From: a virus
IMG/VR virus record: IMGVR_UViG_3300025141_000047
Location: 28,799-92,798 of that record
Direction: 5' to 3' (one strand)
DNA length: 64,000 bases
The position numbers and the translations under genes were made by a program. The notes under the pieces were generated by a model. It saw nothing but the letters and a program-made list of their open reading frames with translations. It was not told the origin of the DNA and searched no databases. Of this stretch, positions 1 through 10,685 are shown one piece after another. How positions within the stretch are numbered: the first letter of the stretch is position 1; each line of letters starts with the position of its first letter.

Positions 1-2066
1 AGTTGCCGCCTCATTGAAGTTGGCGTTCCTCTATGGCAAAGAGGCATAATGAATGAATGGCCTTGCCTTCCAAATCGAACACGATGATGAGCGATTGGGT
101 TTCCTGTTTCAACCCCATTATTGGTTTGAGTCAATAAACTGCCTCTTTCTGTATGATCAGCCATCCTGTGTGAAGAAAATAAGCGTGTAGTCCCGCTTGG
201 AATTGTGCCAATGGCAACACTTGATTCTAAACCGAATGAGTCTTGTATTTTGCTATGTAAAATACGCTCACAATGGAAAATCAAAGTTCGGTCATGCGTG
301 TCATACTGAGAACATTCATCGCTATTTAGTTCAGCATCCCCCGCTTTTCTTGGATTAGGGGCGGATAACCCGCCCATTCCCCATGTTTGATTTGACCATG
401 CCTGAACACGATCATGACCACTACGGACAAATATGCCGCCTGGAATATCCTCTTGTTTGGGCAATTGTATTTTCAAATTAGGCGGAACTGAGTCATTTGG
501 CGCAGAAGGCCGAGTTATTGTTTCACCAGTGTTTGGATCCTCACGGCCAGTCAAAACTTCAAAATCCCTAATTACCGTTCCAAAAGGTGAACCGCCTTTG
601 AGCATCAATTTATTCCCTAAATCATCAACAACGGATATATCATCAAAAACACGATGCTCATTGCTGATTTGAAATAATACACGTTCTGTGTTTGTTTCGG
701 TTTTGGTTCTAAAGGTTCGAGCGTATGATTTTTGCGAACTATCATTTAATGTGTGTGCTGTTTGAACAGCCGCCGTATCAATATCGGTGAGATGGACTCC
801 ATTTGCGCCCGTAGCGACATAGTGATTGCTTCGGGGGTTGGTGTTTGGAAAAATGGACCTTGAATTTTCAAACCTGACAGAAAAGTCTGGGGCTGCTACG
901 TGATTTGTTTTCAATTCCACCCCATAGTCTAACTTCTCAATTCTTAAACGGCCATGTGTGGTCAAATCACCCTCAGTATCGGGGTGCAAAGAAACAATTC
1001 CGTGATATGCGGGTGCTTTTTGCACCCTATCAGGCGGAGGGATTGACGGCATTTGACATGAATTAAGACCTTCAATTGAAAAGCGATTATAGCCATGATT
1101 TGATGAATGTTGAGATGCAAGAATGCCGCTTCTTGAATCATAATTTAGTGCTGGTAAGCCCATGTTTCCGCCATCCATTGGTTTTGCGACCAATCGGTGA
1201 ACTCCAATACTCCCCATGCCTTGAATGAATGGACCGCCGTTTGCAGCACCCCAATACCCCCCATTTGTGCTTGGCGTATTCCGATCCCATGTGATTGCGA
1301 GAGTATGTTTTGGTGGCTCTCCAATGAGAGTAAAGACATTAGTTAATGTTGCACCTGCGGAGGGGGAACCTGTGAGAGTCATAATTGAAGGTATTGTTGC
1401 CTCAATTGTTGCGTATGATGAATGAACTGTGGCTGCCTTTTTGTATCGGAGAGTTGTATTTTCATAATCCCCATCAGCCATTCTTGGACTTCCTGTTGAT
1501 GAAGCGACTCTCAATGAAAATTCATTTGTCAATTCACTTGGAAAACCATTTTTGTTAAGGGTTGCGATTTCTAAATCAACAACTGTTTTGCCCGAACCTT
1601 GCGATTGAAAAACCACCGAATCTATTGTGTATTTTTCAGGAAGAGATTGTCGAATATATCTCGCACGTAGGTATTTTGTTAAATCCCTCTCCCCTTTCAT
1701 TTTGATTCTTCGAGAATTGATTTTGGCGGCAATAAAACGTGTTGCTTCTTCTGTTCCTAAATCATAGGTGTATAGAGCATTATTGTGATCGGCTTTTTGT
1801 TGTTTCAAATCAATTGCTATCACATTTTGTGCCTCAGCAATTGTGGCTGATGCCGCCGCCAAAGGAGTTCGGATTAGAAGCGTGACTCCCTGCCTCCAAT
1901 CTGTTGAATTGACACCAGATTCCCAGTCTTCGATTGTATCTTCATAGGCGGTATCAGGGTATGTGAGGTGCATAGCGAAAATACCCGAAGGATATTCACC
2001 AGTTGATGTTCTGCCCCATGAACCCGTTTCAGCAGGGAATACATACCGAGAATATGATTCAGCCAT
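1..2066 (-). CDS. Very large virion/tail-tip protein, N-terminal part; ORF runs off the left edge
   Basis: Missed by the ORF track because there is no stop in the window. ATG at 2066 (MAESYSRYVFPAETGSWG...) lies 5 nt after the stop of the upstream gene. Frame checked open at ~1163 (KPMDGGNMGLPALNY) and at the edge (HSFIMPLCHRGTPTSM). Function inferred from tail-module position. Confidence 0.75.
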   Translation of the reverse strand, partial: MAESYSRYVFPAETGSWGRTSTGEYPSGIFAMHLTYPDTAYEDTIEDWESGVNSTDWRQGVTLLIRTPLAAASATIAEAQNVIAIDLKQQKADHNNALYTYDLGTEEATRFIAAKINSRRIKMKGERDLTKYLRARYIRQSLPEKYTIDSVVFQSQGSGKTVVDLEIATLNKNGFPSELTNEFSLRVASSTGSPRMADGDYENTTLRYKKAATVHSSYATIEATIPSIMTLTGSPSAGATLTNVFTLIGEPPKHTLAITWDRNTPSTNGGYWGAANGGPFIQGMGSIGVHRLVAKPMDGGNMGLPALNYDSRSGILASQHSSNHGYNRFSIEGLNSCQMPSIPPPDRVQKAPAYHGIVSLHPDTEGDLTTHGRLRIEKLDYGVELKTNHVAAPDFSVRFENSRSIFPNTNPRSNHYVATGANGVHLTDIDTAAVQTAHTLNDSSQKSYARTFRTKTETNTERVLFQISNEHRVFDDISVVDDLGNKLMLKGGSPFGTVIRDFEVLTGREDPNTGETITRPSAPNDSVPPNLKIQLPKQEDIPGGIFVRSGHDRVQAWSNQTWGMGGLSAPNPRKAGDAELNSDECSQYDTHDRTLIFHCERILHSKIQDSFGLESSVAIGTIPSGTTRLFSSHRMADHTERGSLLTQTNNGVETGNPIAHHRVRFGRQGHSFIMPLCHRGTPTSMRRQ

Positions 2067-2071
2067 TGTAT

Positions 2072-5000
2072 TCACCACTTGATTCTTGACGCATACCATG
2101 AGGTCGCATCAGCATAACTCATGCCACGCTTCCATAAAGCAACATCGGATAGGAACCCCGCAAAATGGATAGGTCCAGCCGAGTTCTTGCCATCGCCAAA
2201 AGAACCGCCAGTTCCCGTCACGCCGTATGTCGCCGCACCTGTTTGAAGTGCGGTGAAGTAATCTTGATGCGGTGCAGTTATTGTCTGCCCCCCTTGTGTA
2301 GTCCAACCAGCAAGCAATTTCACGTATGGCGCACCAATCAAAGCACAACCAATTGTAGTCATGTCTTTATCCCGAATTGTTTGAAGTGCCGTTGGAACAT
2401 CTGGGTGATCAGCATCGCCGCCCGAATATCCACTTGCTTGTGTTTCAAAGGTGTTTTTCTTGTTTGGGGAGACTCCCAATGTCCCGTAATTTTGGTCGGA
2501 AACGCTCACAAGGTATGGCGAATAATCAAAAATACCTGCTTCAATCGCCCCTGTTAAGGGGTTGGTAATTCCAACAGTATTGCCCATGTAAAGAAAAGCG
2601 GGAGTTGCCCCACCAGGATCTCTCCCCGCCATAATGAAAGTATGGGCTGATGAAACAACTTCAACTGTTCCGCCAGATACAGTGCTTGGAACAAGAACTG
2701 ACGTTGCTAAAGGACTATTATTTGGATGCGGGTAAAGTTGTTCTGGGAATGAGATCGCAACTGAGATGGCGTTTTTAGTTGTCCCTCCGTGTGCGACAGA
2801 CGGTGAACCTCCAATATGCAATCCGTAAGGTTTCCCATTAGGGGTTCCATCATCGTAAATTGAATGAAAAATAGGTCCTGTTGCGTAATCTGGATTTGAA
2901 GTGGGAGGTCTAAAAATGGCTGAAACAGCCCAACTCGCCCCCAATGGGTTAAAGTCTTTGATTTCACCATGCTCGGCTTCAATTGTTCCTGAATTGTTGT
3001 TAAACAATGCTACAACATCTCCGTGATGGAACAATTTTACTTGGGCATTGTTGGTAGGGTGTTGCATCACTTCATGAGGATGAGTTGGACCATCAATATA
3101 AGCCCCAAAGCCATTTGCCGATGTAATCCGCAACTTTCGATTATACAGGTCTTCTCTCCAAAGGGTATTGGCTTGAGTCAAAGCACCAGTTCCTACGTCT
3201 TCTGTTGAATCATACAGGCTATTTGTTAATCGTGCATAAAAAGCACATTTTCCTTCTGGCTCATTGTTTTGATTCAATACTGTTTGATGATGGAATCCTT
3301 TGAGAGTATCGTTGTTGATCGTGTCTTCATTTTTAACATCTGTAAAGTCTAAAATCGCCACAGGTGCGGTCATTTCTCCGATATTTTGAAAACCTGAAAA
3401 ACCAGTCGGACCTTTTGAAAGAGCGTGTTTGTAAAAATCGGAATAATCGTTATCTGTGCCGTCGCTTATATCAAAAGTCAATCCAGTGTGGCCTCCGCCA
3501 AAGAAAAGAATGCCTTCGGAATCCATCAATGGATAAAGGAACTCAATTTCTTGCCCTACTTCTTCATCAGCAGGGGTGTTAAAAGCCCCCTCATAGAAGA
3601 ATTTGACAAACTTATCTGGGTCTTCAAGAGGGGTGACATACTCCAAATAACATTCGCCCAAAGCACTTTCCGAACCTTGATTGATTGCGATATTTGAAAA
3701 AGTCGCCAATTTATTGTTGATACGAACCAGCCCTAACGCCGACCCTGTTCCAATTGTTTGTCTTGATTGTAAAGTTCGTAAAAAGTAATCCATGACCTTT
3801 CCCTCCACAGTCATGTAAATGAATCGTTTAGCCCCATTATCCCAATTATACGAACCATTACTTGAAGAAAGCCCCGTTGCTGTGGATTTGGTTTTTGCTT
3901 TGAAAATAGACCCAACTCCGTTGTATTCTCTCAAATTTGCATCGGAATCGTTGTAATGGCTAATTGCCCCATGAGGTGCGCCAGTAAAGGTTGTAATTGG
4001 GACAAAGGCTTCTCCATCAGCACCAAGAGGCATTGGTGCGGGAAAAGAGTTCAATTGATACGATTTACTGTTTGTTGCCAACAGCCCTCCATGACCTATG
4101 GCTTGAATTGGTTGATAGGGATAAACCGATCTGTTTGAAATCCAAACCGCAAACTCTCGCCCTGTTGCACCTGGAACGGTGCTATGAATCACAATTGAGA
4201 GTCCTGATTCTCCGTTTCGAGATACCACTTCCGAACCAATGAAAGAACGGACATAACCCATGTGGCCTCCCGTATTCCTTGAGGAACCCTCCAAAGGAGT
4301 ATCATAAGCACTTGACCCTGAATCATTCTTTGCTTGGGGGTGGCCTCCCATGTTTATTTGCCGAATCAATTCATTAACACATTCGGAAAAACCGTTTGAT
4401 TTCAAAGCAATGTTGCGTAGCGAATAGATGTTTGGAATGACGTATTTCAAATCATCTCCATCTGCGTTGATTCCTTTTAATCCTGTGAAATTTTGATGGC
4501 AAATAACTGGTTCACGTAATTCTCGGTTATTATTTGAGCCATACTCATTGAAAATATCCCATTCCAGCCCTCCAAAACCAATATGATCGGGGATTATCAA
4601 AAAATCCTTTAAGCCACTTAAATTAAACGTGTGAGAACTATTAACTCCTAAAAGGGCATCAATTTGCGCCTTGAACAAATCAGCCATACCTGCCGAACTT
4701 GATGAATAATCCAATTTTATTGATTGGGTATGACCTGTAATATCATTTACGATCACGCCACCCAAAGTCACGGTTGCCCCCAAAAAAACTTTACTTGTAG
4801 CCGTTGGTGCTACTGCTGTTAAATTAAGGGCTTCATCACGTTGAGGATAACGTAGGAATGATTCATCAACATAGATTCGATTTGTTGCGTTGTCTATTTT
4901 GTGAACCCTCATCATGTGATAAGTGCAATATCCGAGATCTTCTTTTCCAGTCGGCGCAACAAACCCCTCTCCAACAGTGATGTAAAATTTCTTCCCCAAA

Positions 5001-7066
5001 ACGCCAGTTGATGGGTTAATTTCTGGACCATTGCTGTTTTGAAGCGTGTCATTAAAAAATGGTTCTGTATCATCAACTTGAATGTAAGAATTAGCAGTTC
5101 CGAGAGTTAGGGCATGACCTGTAATCACCGCTTGTATTGAAGGCATTTGTGCTTTTAATCCAAAAGAAAGGTTGTTTGCGGTGGCTTCAAAAGCAATTGA
5201 GTTGTCAAATTCAATTGCCGCTTTGGAGTCTTGCATCCCCCAATCAATAGAATGTCTTGCTTCATAATCTCTCATTTGAACACGATTTTTAGCCGTCATT
5301 GTGCAATCAAGAGTAAGTAAAACCTCGTTCCCAATAGGGTGTATTGAATCGTCTATTCCGTTTGTTTCTTTATAGATGCCATCAACGTCATAGAACATTG
5401 AAGGGAATAAAGGCAATTCAACCAAAGCACGTGTTGAGGCGTAGTCTGTTGATGTTTGCCTATCATTTCTAACCGATACATTCCCTGAACTAACCAACCG
5501 ATCTTTCCATCCTTCTAAAAATCGGTGTTCAACCCATTCTGGTTTTTGATCAGCCCCCCCTTGACCAACGCCGCCTAAAGTCAAAGAAACAGTTGGTGTC
5601 CCAACATCGCCAATCTCCTTGATTGGAATGCTTTCACCAAGATTGAGGTTTCGAGATGTTTCTTTATCGGTTATATCCATCAATTTTGAACGGCCACGTA
5701 TTTCAAGACTTGCATTGCCGTTTTTTATTGTCGTGTTGAACTCTTCGGCACGACCTCGAAGTAAAGCAATTTCAATTGAAACTAAAGACGGATTTCTTGA
5801 TTCGCTTTCTGTCAAAAAATCATCAAAAACAGCATATCTGTTTTTATTTGCAGGTGAAACCAATAGCAAATGTTGATTTTGTTTCACCATGTTGTCAATA
5901 ACATTGAAAACTTGAAGCGTGGATCGTGTCAATTGCGAAGGAGTATTTGTGACCCCATCATAACTTGATAAATCGCTTCCAACATTTGATTTGACGGTCA
6001 TGACATGGTGACTGGGGTTTGCTGTTTCATCGGGGGTGTTTGGGTTCAATACTGCTTTTGGATAGCCATACCCCAACAGACTATCCTTTCTTGTCAATAG
6101 GCAATCGGAGATGTCAATAAAAGGAGAGGGAAAAGAACCTCCAAAGCCGTGTGTTTTGAGAAGGTGGGATTTAATCGGTCTTTTGAACTCTTTTGAAGGC
6201 AATGAAATAATGCCTCCTGGCGCAGTTATTGAAAGTTGAACATCGGAACTGGTTCCAGGTGGTGATGAATAAGGTTTGAGAAGAATGTCGGACAAACTAC
6301 GAAAAACACCTGTTGATACTTCATATAGGGTCGTTGATGCGGGAATCATTTTTTCAACGATTAAATAGCCCTTATGCTCTCCTTCAACGTGATAAGGTCG
6401 TTGATTAACATTGACTTGAGTTGGTGTTAAAGAAACGCCAGCAACAACCTGCCCCGTTAAATCAATGGCGTTGTAATGAACCAAAATCCGACTTGGACCA
6501 CCTGCACTTGTCAAAATTGAAGGAGATTCAATCGAAGCAATAAATGACTCTTTAGTGGGGGTCAAATGCTTGATATATCCATCATTTGTGGGCTTATCAT
6601 CCACCAAAACTGCCTCATGATCGGTGTCTAAACCTTTGATCATGAAGGGCTTTACATCATCAACCGCAATTGCTATGATTTCATCATACACTGATGAAGA
6701 AAGAGTTGCAGCAACATTTGAATTGTAAGAGCCAATCCCTGCTTGAATCACCATTCTATTGAATGGGTTTCCGCCTGAATCTGTTGAATACGATGTTTTG
6801 CTTTTGTTTGAAATTGATGTTGCTTCTCCCAAAAAGACCTTTTCAGTGATATTTACAGAATCGTTTTGCTTCAAAATGGATTGTAGCGACACTTGATCTG
6901 TTTTGTAAATAAACTCATCAACAACTCCTTGAATTGTTTGCTTTACAACTTGCTCATCTGGTGTCGGCATTTGATGTAGGAAAAACTCACCCTCCACTTT
7001 ATTGTAAGAAGTCATGCCTGACATTCCCGCCAAACCTTCATCGTTTGATTCGTTTAAATCAGCCAT
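2072..7066 (-). CDS. Large tail-tip/fibre protein (~1660 aa) with C-terminal LamG/concanavalin-like segment
   Basis: Long G/S/T-rich ORF. C-terminal FAGFLSDVALWKRGMS resembles a LamG end motif. Lies downstream of the tape measure gene. Confidence 0.7.
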   Translation of the reverse strand: MADLNESNDEGLAGMSGMTSYNKVEGEFFLHQMPTPDEQVVKQTIQGVVDEFIYKTDQVSLQSILKQNDSVNITEKVFLGEATSISNKSKTSYSTDSGGNPFNRMVIQAGIGSYNSNVAATLSSSVYDEIIAIAVDDVKPFMIKGLDTDHEAVLVDDKPTNDGYIKHLTPTKESFIASIESPSILTSAGGPSRILVHYNAIDLTGQVVAGVSLTPTQVNVNQRPYHVEGEHKGYLIVEKMIPASTTLYEVSTGVFRSLSDILLKPYSSPPGTSSDVQLSITAPGGIISLPSKEFKRPIKSHLLKTHGFGGSFPSPFIDISDCLLTRKDSLLGYGYPKAVLNPNTPDETANPSHHVMTVKSNVGSDLSSYDGVTNTPSQLTRSTLQVFNVIDNMVKQNQHLLLVSPANKNRYAVFDDFLTESESRNPSLVSIEIALLRGRAEEFNTTIKNGNASLEIRGRSKLMDITDKETSRNLNLGESIPIKEIGDVGTPTVSLTLGGVGQGGADQKPEWVEHRFLEGWKDRLVSSGNVSVRNDRQTSTDYASTRALVELPLFPSMFYDVDGIYKETNGIDDSIHPIGNEVLLTLDCTMTAKNRVQMRDYEARHSIDWGMQDSKAAIEFDNSIAFEATANNLSFGLKAQMPSIQAVITGHALTLGTANSYIQVDDTEPFFNDTLQNSNGPEINPSTGVLGKKFYITVGEGFVAPTGKEDLGYCTYHMMRVHKIDNATNRIYVDESFLRYPQRDEALNLTAVAPTATSKVFLGATVTLGGVIVNDITGHTQSIKLDYSSSSAGMADLFKAQIDALLGVNSSHTFNLSGLKDFLIIPDHIGFGGLEWDIFNEYGSNNNRELREPVICHQNFTGLKGINADGDDLKYVIPNIYSLRNIALKSNGFSECVNELIRQINMGGHPQAKNDSGSSAYDTPLEGSSRNTGGHMGYVRSFIGSEVVSRNGESGLSIVIHSTVPGATGREFAVWISNRSVYPYQPIQAIGHGGLLATNSKSYQLNSFPAPMPLGADGEAFVPITTFTGAPHGAISHYNDSDANLREYNGVGSIFKAKTKSTATGLSSSNGSYNWDNGAKRFIYMTVEGKVMDYFLRTLQSRQTIGTGSALGLVRINNKLATFSNIAINQGSESALGECYLEYVTPLEDPDKFVKFFYEGAFNTPADEEVGQEIEFLYPLMDSEGILFFGGGHTGLTFDISDGTDNDYSDFYKHALSKGPTGFSGFQNIGEMTAPVAILDFTDVKNEDTINNDTLKGFHHQTVLNQNNEPEGKCAFYARLTNSLYDSTEDVGTGALTQANTLWREDLYNRKLRITSANGFGAYIDGPTHPHEVMQHPTNNAQVKLFHHGDVVALFNNNSGTIEAEHGEIKDFNPLGASWAVSAIFRPPTSNPDYATGPIFHSIYDDGTPNGKPYGLHIGGSPSVAHGGTTKNAISVAISFPEQLYPHPNNSPLATSVLVPSTVSGGTVEVVSSAHTFIMAGRDPGGATPAFLYMGNTVGITNPLTGAIEAGIFDYSPYLVSVSDQNYGTLGVSPNKKNTFETQASGYSGGDADHPDVPTALQTIRDKDMTTIGCALIGAPYVKLLAGWTTQGGQTITAPHQDYFTALQTGAATYGVTGTGGSFGDGKNSAGPIHFAGFLSDVALWKRGMSYADATSWYASRIKW

Positions 7067-9435
7067 CAAATCACCGTATATTTGTCAATAAAATAACCTT
7101 GAACTTGTTGTCTTTCAGCATCCGACAACGCCTTATCATACAGAATTATTTCTGCAAATTCGGTGTTTTGGGGTGCTTTATTGTTTGCCGTTCCTGTTTT
7201 AGCGGCAGGGTCGGTGGTTAAAGCCCTGCCGAATAGACCGAAAAGGCGGTCATCGAAACGGAATGGGGTCACTACTTTTCCTACAAAGGTTGATGCAGCA
7301 AAACCATGTTCATGAATAATTGCATTTGTAGTTGCGTGATTGAAAGTTAAGGAGAACAAACCAGCAAGGAAAAAGCCATTTGAAGTTGCCCCACTTGGGG
7401 TCACGGTTGTTTGATTTGTTGTTGCGCCGTTGTTTGTTAAATTGTAATTAGAAGCAGTTGTTCCTTGACCAAAGAATGTTTTTGACGTTGATGCGTTTTC
7501 CCCTATGAAATCATAGGCCGTAAGAGGGGAATATGTAGGCTGATAAGCCATGAAAAACACTGTAAATCCGCCAGTCCCTAAATTATGCGTTATCTCTTTC
7601 GATTCCCCGTCATTTGTTCCAATGTTCACCAATGCGCCATCACTTGAAGTAATTTTCAAAGAAGGATAAGAATTGAAGTTGGGGCTTTGGGCTTGATATG
7701 CCCATGTTCCCACAGCATAAACGCCAAAGTCGTTGCCGCTTTTGTCTGGAAGGTGAGTCACGGTTGCGCCATCGGATAATCCCGTCAAACCATTGACTGG
7801 CAACCAAAGAAGCATATTGCTCTTTAGAGGGGGGTCTGGCTCATCAACTTCGCTCGTTGATGGCGCAGTTCCAATTGTTGAAGGGATTCGGCTTTGTGTT
7901 GAAACAAAGTATGCGGTGTTGTTGTTTCCACTACGATCTGTAAATCGTTGCGATTGAGTAAAAGCCGCCCTTGTAAAAGCGTCTTTTTGGCGGGTCACTT
8001 GATTCGCAACGGCAGCAGATGTATTTTTGTTCCCTCCATCCAAGACCAAATCTGCATTTCCTAAAACCAACCAAATTGGCGTTCCATCGGCATGATCAAA
8101 CAAGAATCCTTGACCCTTTGGGTGATTCTCAATGGTTGCTGCGGTTGTTGCATCATTGGCGAGATGAACAGATTGACAAATGACTCTATTATTGGCGAAG
8201 TCAAGTGAAATAATACGGATTCTTTCTATTGGGTTGTTCATGGGGTCTAAATCATCGGTTGTTGAAAGGAATATATCTGTCCCACTTGTGATGTTTCGAG
8301 TTCGGCCACTTGCTGTTTTCGCCACACCTGTTATTGGGTGTGTTCCTGATTGATTGATAACAGCATTCAAAGAAGAATGCTTGATACGATCCGATTCGAG
8401 ATAATCCAAAGAACCTATATTTGTCCCATAAGTGTAAGCATTGAGATTCAATGTTGATGAAAACCACGTTTGAGAACTTATGTCCTTCAAAGGCAAACCA
8501 GTAGCCAACGATGCTAATTTTTCTAAAGCCGAATAGGTGTCATTGTTTCCGTCTTGCATATCATAAATACGAAAATACCCTAAGTCATTGATATTTTGAA
8601 AATCATAGCCCAAGCACACCAAAGGCGTATCGAACACATTTGATTTTCTCAAAACACCATCTCGACCCTGCGTGGGAGATGATTCGTTTTTGTTGTTGAA
8701 AAAGTGAAGCGAAGGAAAATCTATTTCGTCTTCAAAGTCCCAAAGACCAATTGTTTGATCGTTCACTGTCAAAGGTTGCAGCAAAGGAGGGTTCATTCCT
8801 TTTTCAATACTGATACTTTCAATAATTCCCCTATATTCCCCCCCTCTCCCTCCAATGAAAAGGTCCGATGAAACATTGTCTAAAATCCGTTGTTCAATGA
8901 GATTCAAGGAAGCAACCAAATTTGTGTTCACATAAAGGCGCAATTCATCACCTGTAAATTGAGCAGTAATGAGCATCAATGGTTGCGCCCCTTCGGATAT
9001 GTCGTCTGGGAGGTGTTCTCCGCCCCCGTATGACCCAGAATGGGCTTCATTCAAGGTATTCACGTTAAAGGGGGAAGTGATCGTAAAAACACGGCCAATG
9101 CAATGTATTGAGAATTGGATTGGTGCTGCTTTGAAAGGATGCCCTACTTTCAATTCAAAACAACCTGGTTTGATTACGACTGTTCCGCCATAATTTGGGA
9201 CAACATAGGCATTGATAGTGAATGCACTAAGGATTGAATTAAGTGGGTTTGATTCAATAGGCCGATGTATTCTCCCAATCTTTGTAGCATGGCTCTTTAC
9301 GGTTGTAGCACTTCCAGAATATGTTGGGTGCAAGAGATTTAGTCCTGATTCCTTGAATTGACCCGTAGGAACCACTATTCCATCGGTAAAGCCATTGAAA
9401 CGAATGGCGTTGCTTTTGATTCTGTGTAGCCCCAT
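7066..9435 (-). CDS. Tail protein with two LamG/concanavalin A-like domains
   Basis: Start MGLHRIKSNAIRFNG at 9435, just after the upstream stop. LamG-like motifs LRLYVN...LFIGG...YRGIIESISI and FAEIILYDKALSDAERQQV. Confidence 0.7.
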   Translation of the reverse strand: MGLHRIKSNAIRFNGFTDGIVVPTGQFKESGLNLLHPTYSGSATTVKSHATKIGRIHRPIESNPLNSILSAFTINAYVVPNYGGTVVIKPGCFELKVGHPFKAAPIQFSIHCIGRVFTITSPFNVNTLNEAHSGSYGGGEHLPDDISEGAQPLMLITAQFTGDELRLYVNTNLVASLNLIEQRILDNVSSDLFIGGRGGEYRGIIESISIEKGMNPPLLQPLTVNDQTIGLWDFEDEIDFPSLHFFNNKNESSPTQGRDGVLRKSNVFDTPLVCLGYDFQNINDLGYFRIYDMQDGNNDTYSALEKLASLATGLPLKDISSQTWFSSTLNLNAYTYGTNIGSLDYLESDRIKHSSLNAVINQSGTHPITGVAKTASGRTRNITSGTDIFLSTTDDLDPMNNPIERIRIISLDFANNRVICQSVHLANDATTAATIENHPKGQGFLFDHADGTPIWLVLGNADLVLDGGNKNTSAAVANQVTRQKDAFTRAAFTQSQRFTDRSGNNNTAYFVSTQSRIPSTIGTAPSTSEVDEPDPPLKSNMLLWLPVNGLTGLSDGATVTHLPDKSGNDFGVYAVGTWAYQAQSPNFNSYPSLKITSSDGALVNIGTNDGESKEITHNLGTGGFTVFFMAYQPTYSPLTAYDFIGENASTSKTFFGQGTTASNYNLTNNGATTNQTTVTPSGATSNGFFLAGLFSLTFNHATTNAIIHEHGFAASTFVGKVVTPFRFDDRLFGLFGRALTTDPAAKTGTANNKAPQNTEFAEIILYDKALSDAERQQVQGYFIDKYTVI

Positions 9436-9436
9436 T

Positions 9437-10684
9437 TCACAACCCCACCAACTGTTCGACTGGCGCAAGTTGTAGTTGATATTCCCATACCGAAGCCCCC
9501 GCTTCATAACCTGGATCAAAAGACTGAACTACAACAGGAATCGCAACTCCTTGCCGCAAAAATGGATTAGGTCGAACTGGTTTGTTGTTGATAATATCCA
9601 CTGGGTCATACTGTTCAGTATTTGATTCAGCCGAATGATCGGTTCCAGGTCCAGCAGGTATCAAAAATTGCCTCAACTCTTTATTCCCTGATGTTGAAGC
9701 AATAAGCGTTTCATAGGGGATTCTCACACCAATGATGTATTTTTTTACAGACTTTGCTTGGTCTATTCTCAAAAATTGGGATGAATCAAAAGAAGCGATA
9801 GAATCTGGTAAATCAATTAACGAACCTGTCAAAACCTGTGGGCTAATCAAAGCACCACCAGCACTTGGGTTTGTAATTGAGTTGATGAGATCTTGTAATT
9901 TATCCCCTTTTGTCATTTTAACTCCCGTCACGCCACCAGACATATTGCTTACAAAGAATTGCGAATCCCATGATGTTTTGTTGCCGTCTTTCGTCATTTG
10001 CACTACTGTTGATGTGTTGCCACCAGAACCAGTTGCTACATTGGAAACTGTGATGTGTTCATTTGAATAAGTTCCCGTTGAACCCGTTTGATTTTGATAT
10101 GATACAGCCGCAGCCTGTCCCGCTTTTGTTGAAACAGCCACTTCTGTTGTTAAAGCCACCGTTGCAGTATCAACTTTGATGTTTGCAGCGTTTAACGCAT
10201 TTACAATTGCTGTTGAAAGTGTTGAGGTATTGGTGGTTGATGAATAATCAACATAAACAATGCTTTGGGTTGCTACAACACTTGACAAAGCACCATTATT
10301 CAAAATGATTTCAACAGATTCACCGAGATCGGCATCAATTTGCCCCTTTGTTTGAAACTTAATTGTAGCACCATGCAATTTTGGTTTTATTGTAGTCCAA
10401 TTAACCCCGTATGAATTAAACCATGAAGTCGCCCCTGCGCTTCCAAAAGAAAGAGATAAGTCCATTGACATTTCAGCAGAAGAACTTCCTGTGGCTTGTT
10501 CATCATCTGTAATGATCCCATCTATAACAATCGCAACTGAGGGTTGGTTCAAATCCAATGCGGCACGTGTAGCCAAAAGAGGGATTTGATGAACCAAAAC
10601 GTTTCTTTGAATTGAAATCCCAATGTTTGTTGCTTCGAGTTCAATAATTGTGCTATCTCTTTTGATAAGTTGAATCATTGGCAT
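9437..10684 (-). CDS. Putative distal tail/baseplate hub protein
   Basis: 415 aa ORF directly after the tape measure gene; function from synteny only. Confidence 0.5.
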   Translation of the reverse strand: MPMIQLIKRDSTIIELEATNIGISIQRNVLVHQIPLLATRAALDLNQPSVAIVIDGIITDDEQATGSSSAEMSMDLSLSFGSAGATSWFNSYGVNWTTIKPKLHGATIKFQTKGQIDADLGESVEIILNNGALSSVVATQSIVYVDYSSTTNTSTLSTAIVNALNAANIKVDTATVALTTEVAVSTKAGQAAAVSYQNQTGSTGTYSNEHITVSNVATGSGGNTSTVVQMTKDGNKTSWDSQFFVSNMSGGVTGVKMTKGDKLQDLINSITNPSAGGALISPQVLTGSLIDLPDSIASFDSSQFLRIDQAKSVKKYIIGVRIPYETLIASTSGNKELRQFLIPAGPGTDHSAESNTEQYDPVDIINNKPVRPNPFLRQGVAIPVVVQSFDPGYEAGASVWEYQLQLAPVEQLVGL

Positions 10685-10685
10685 C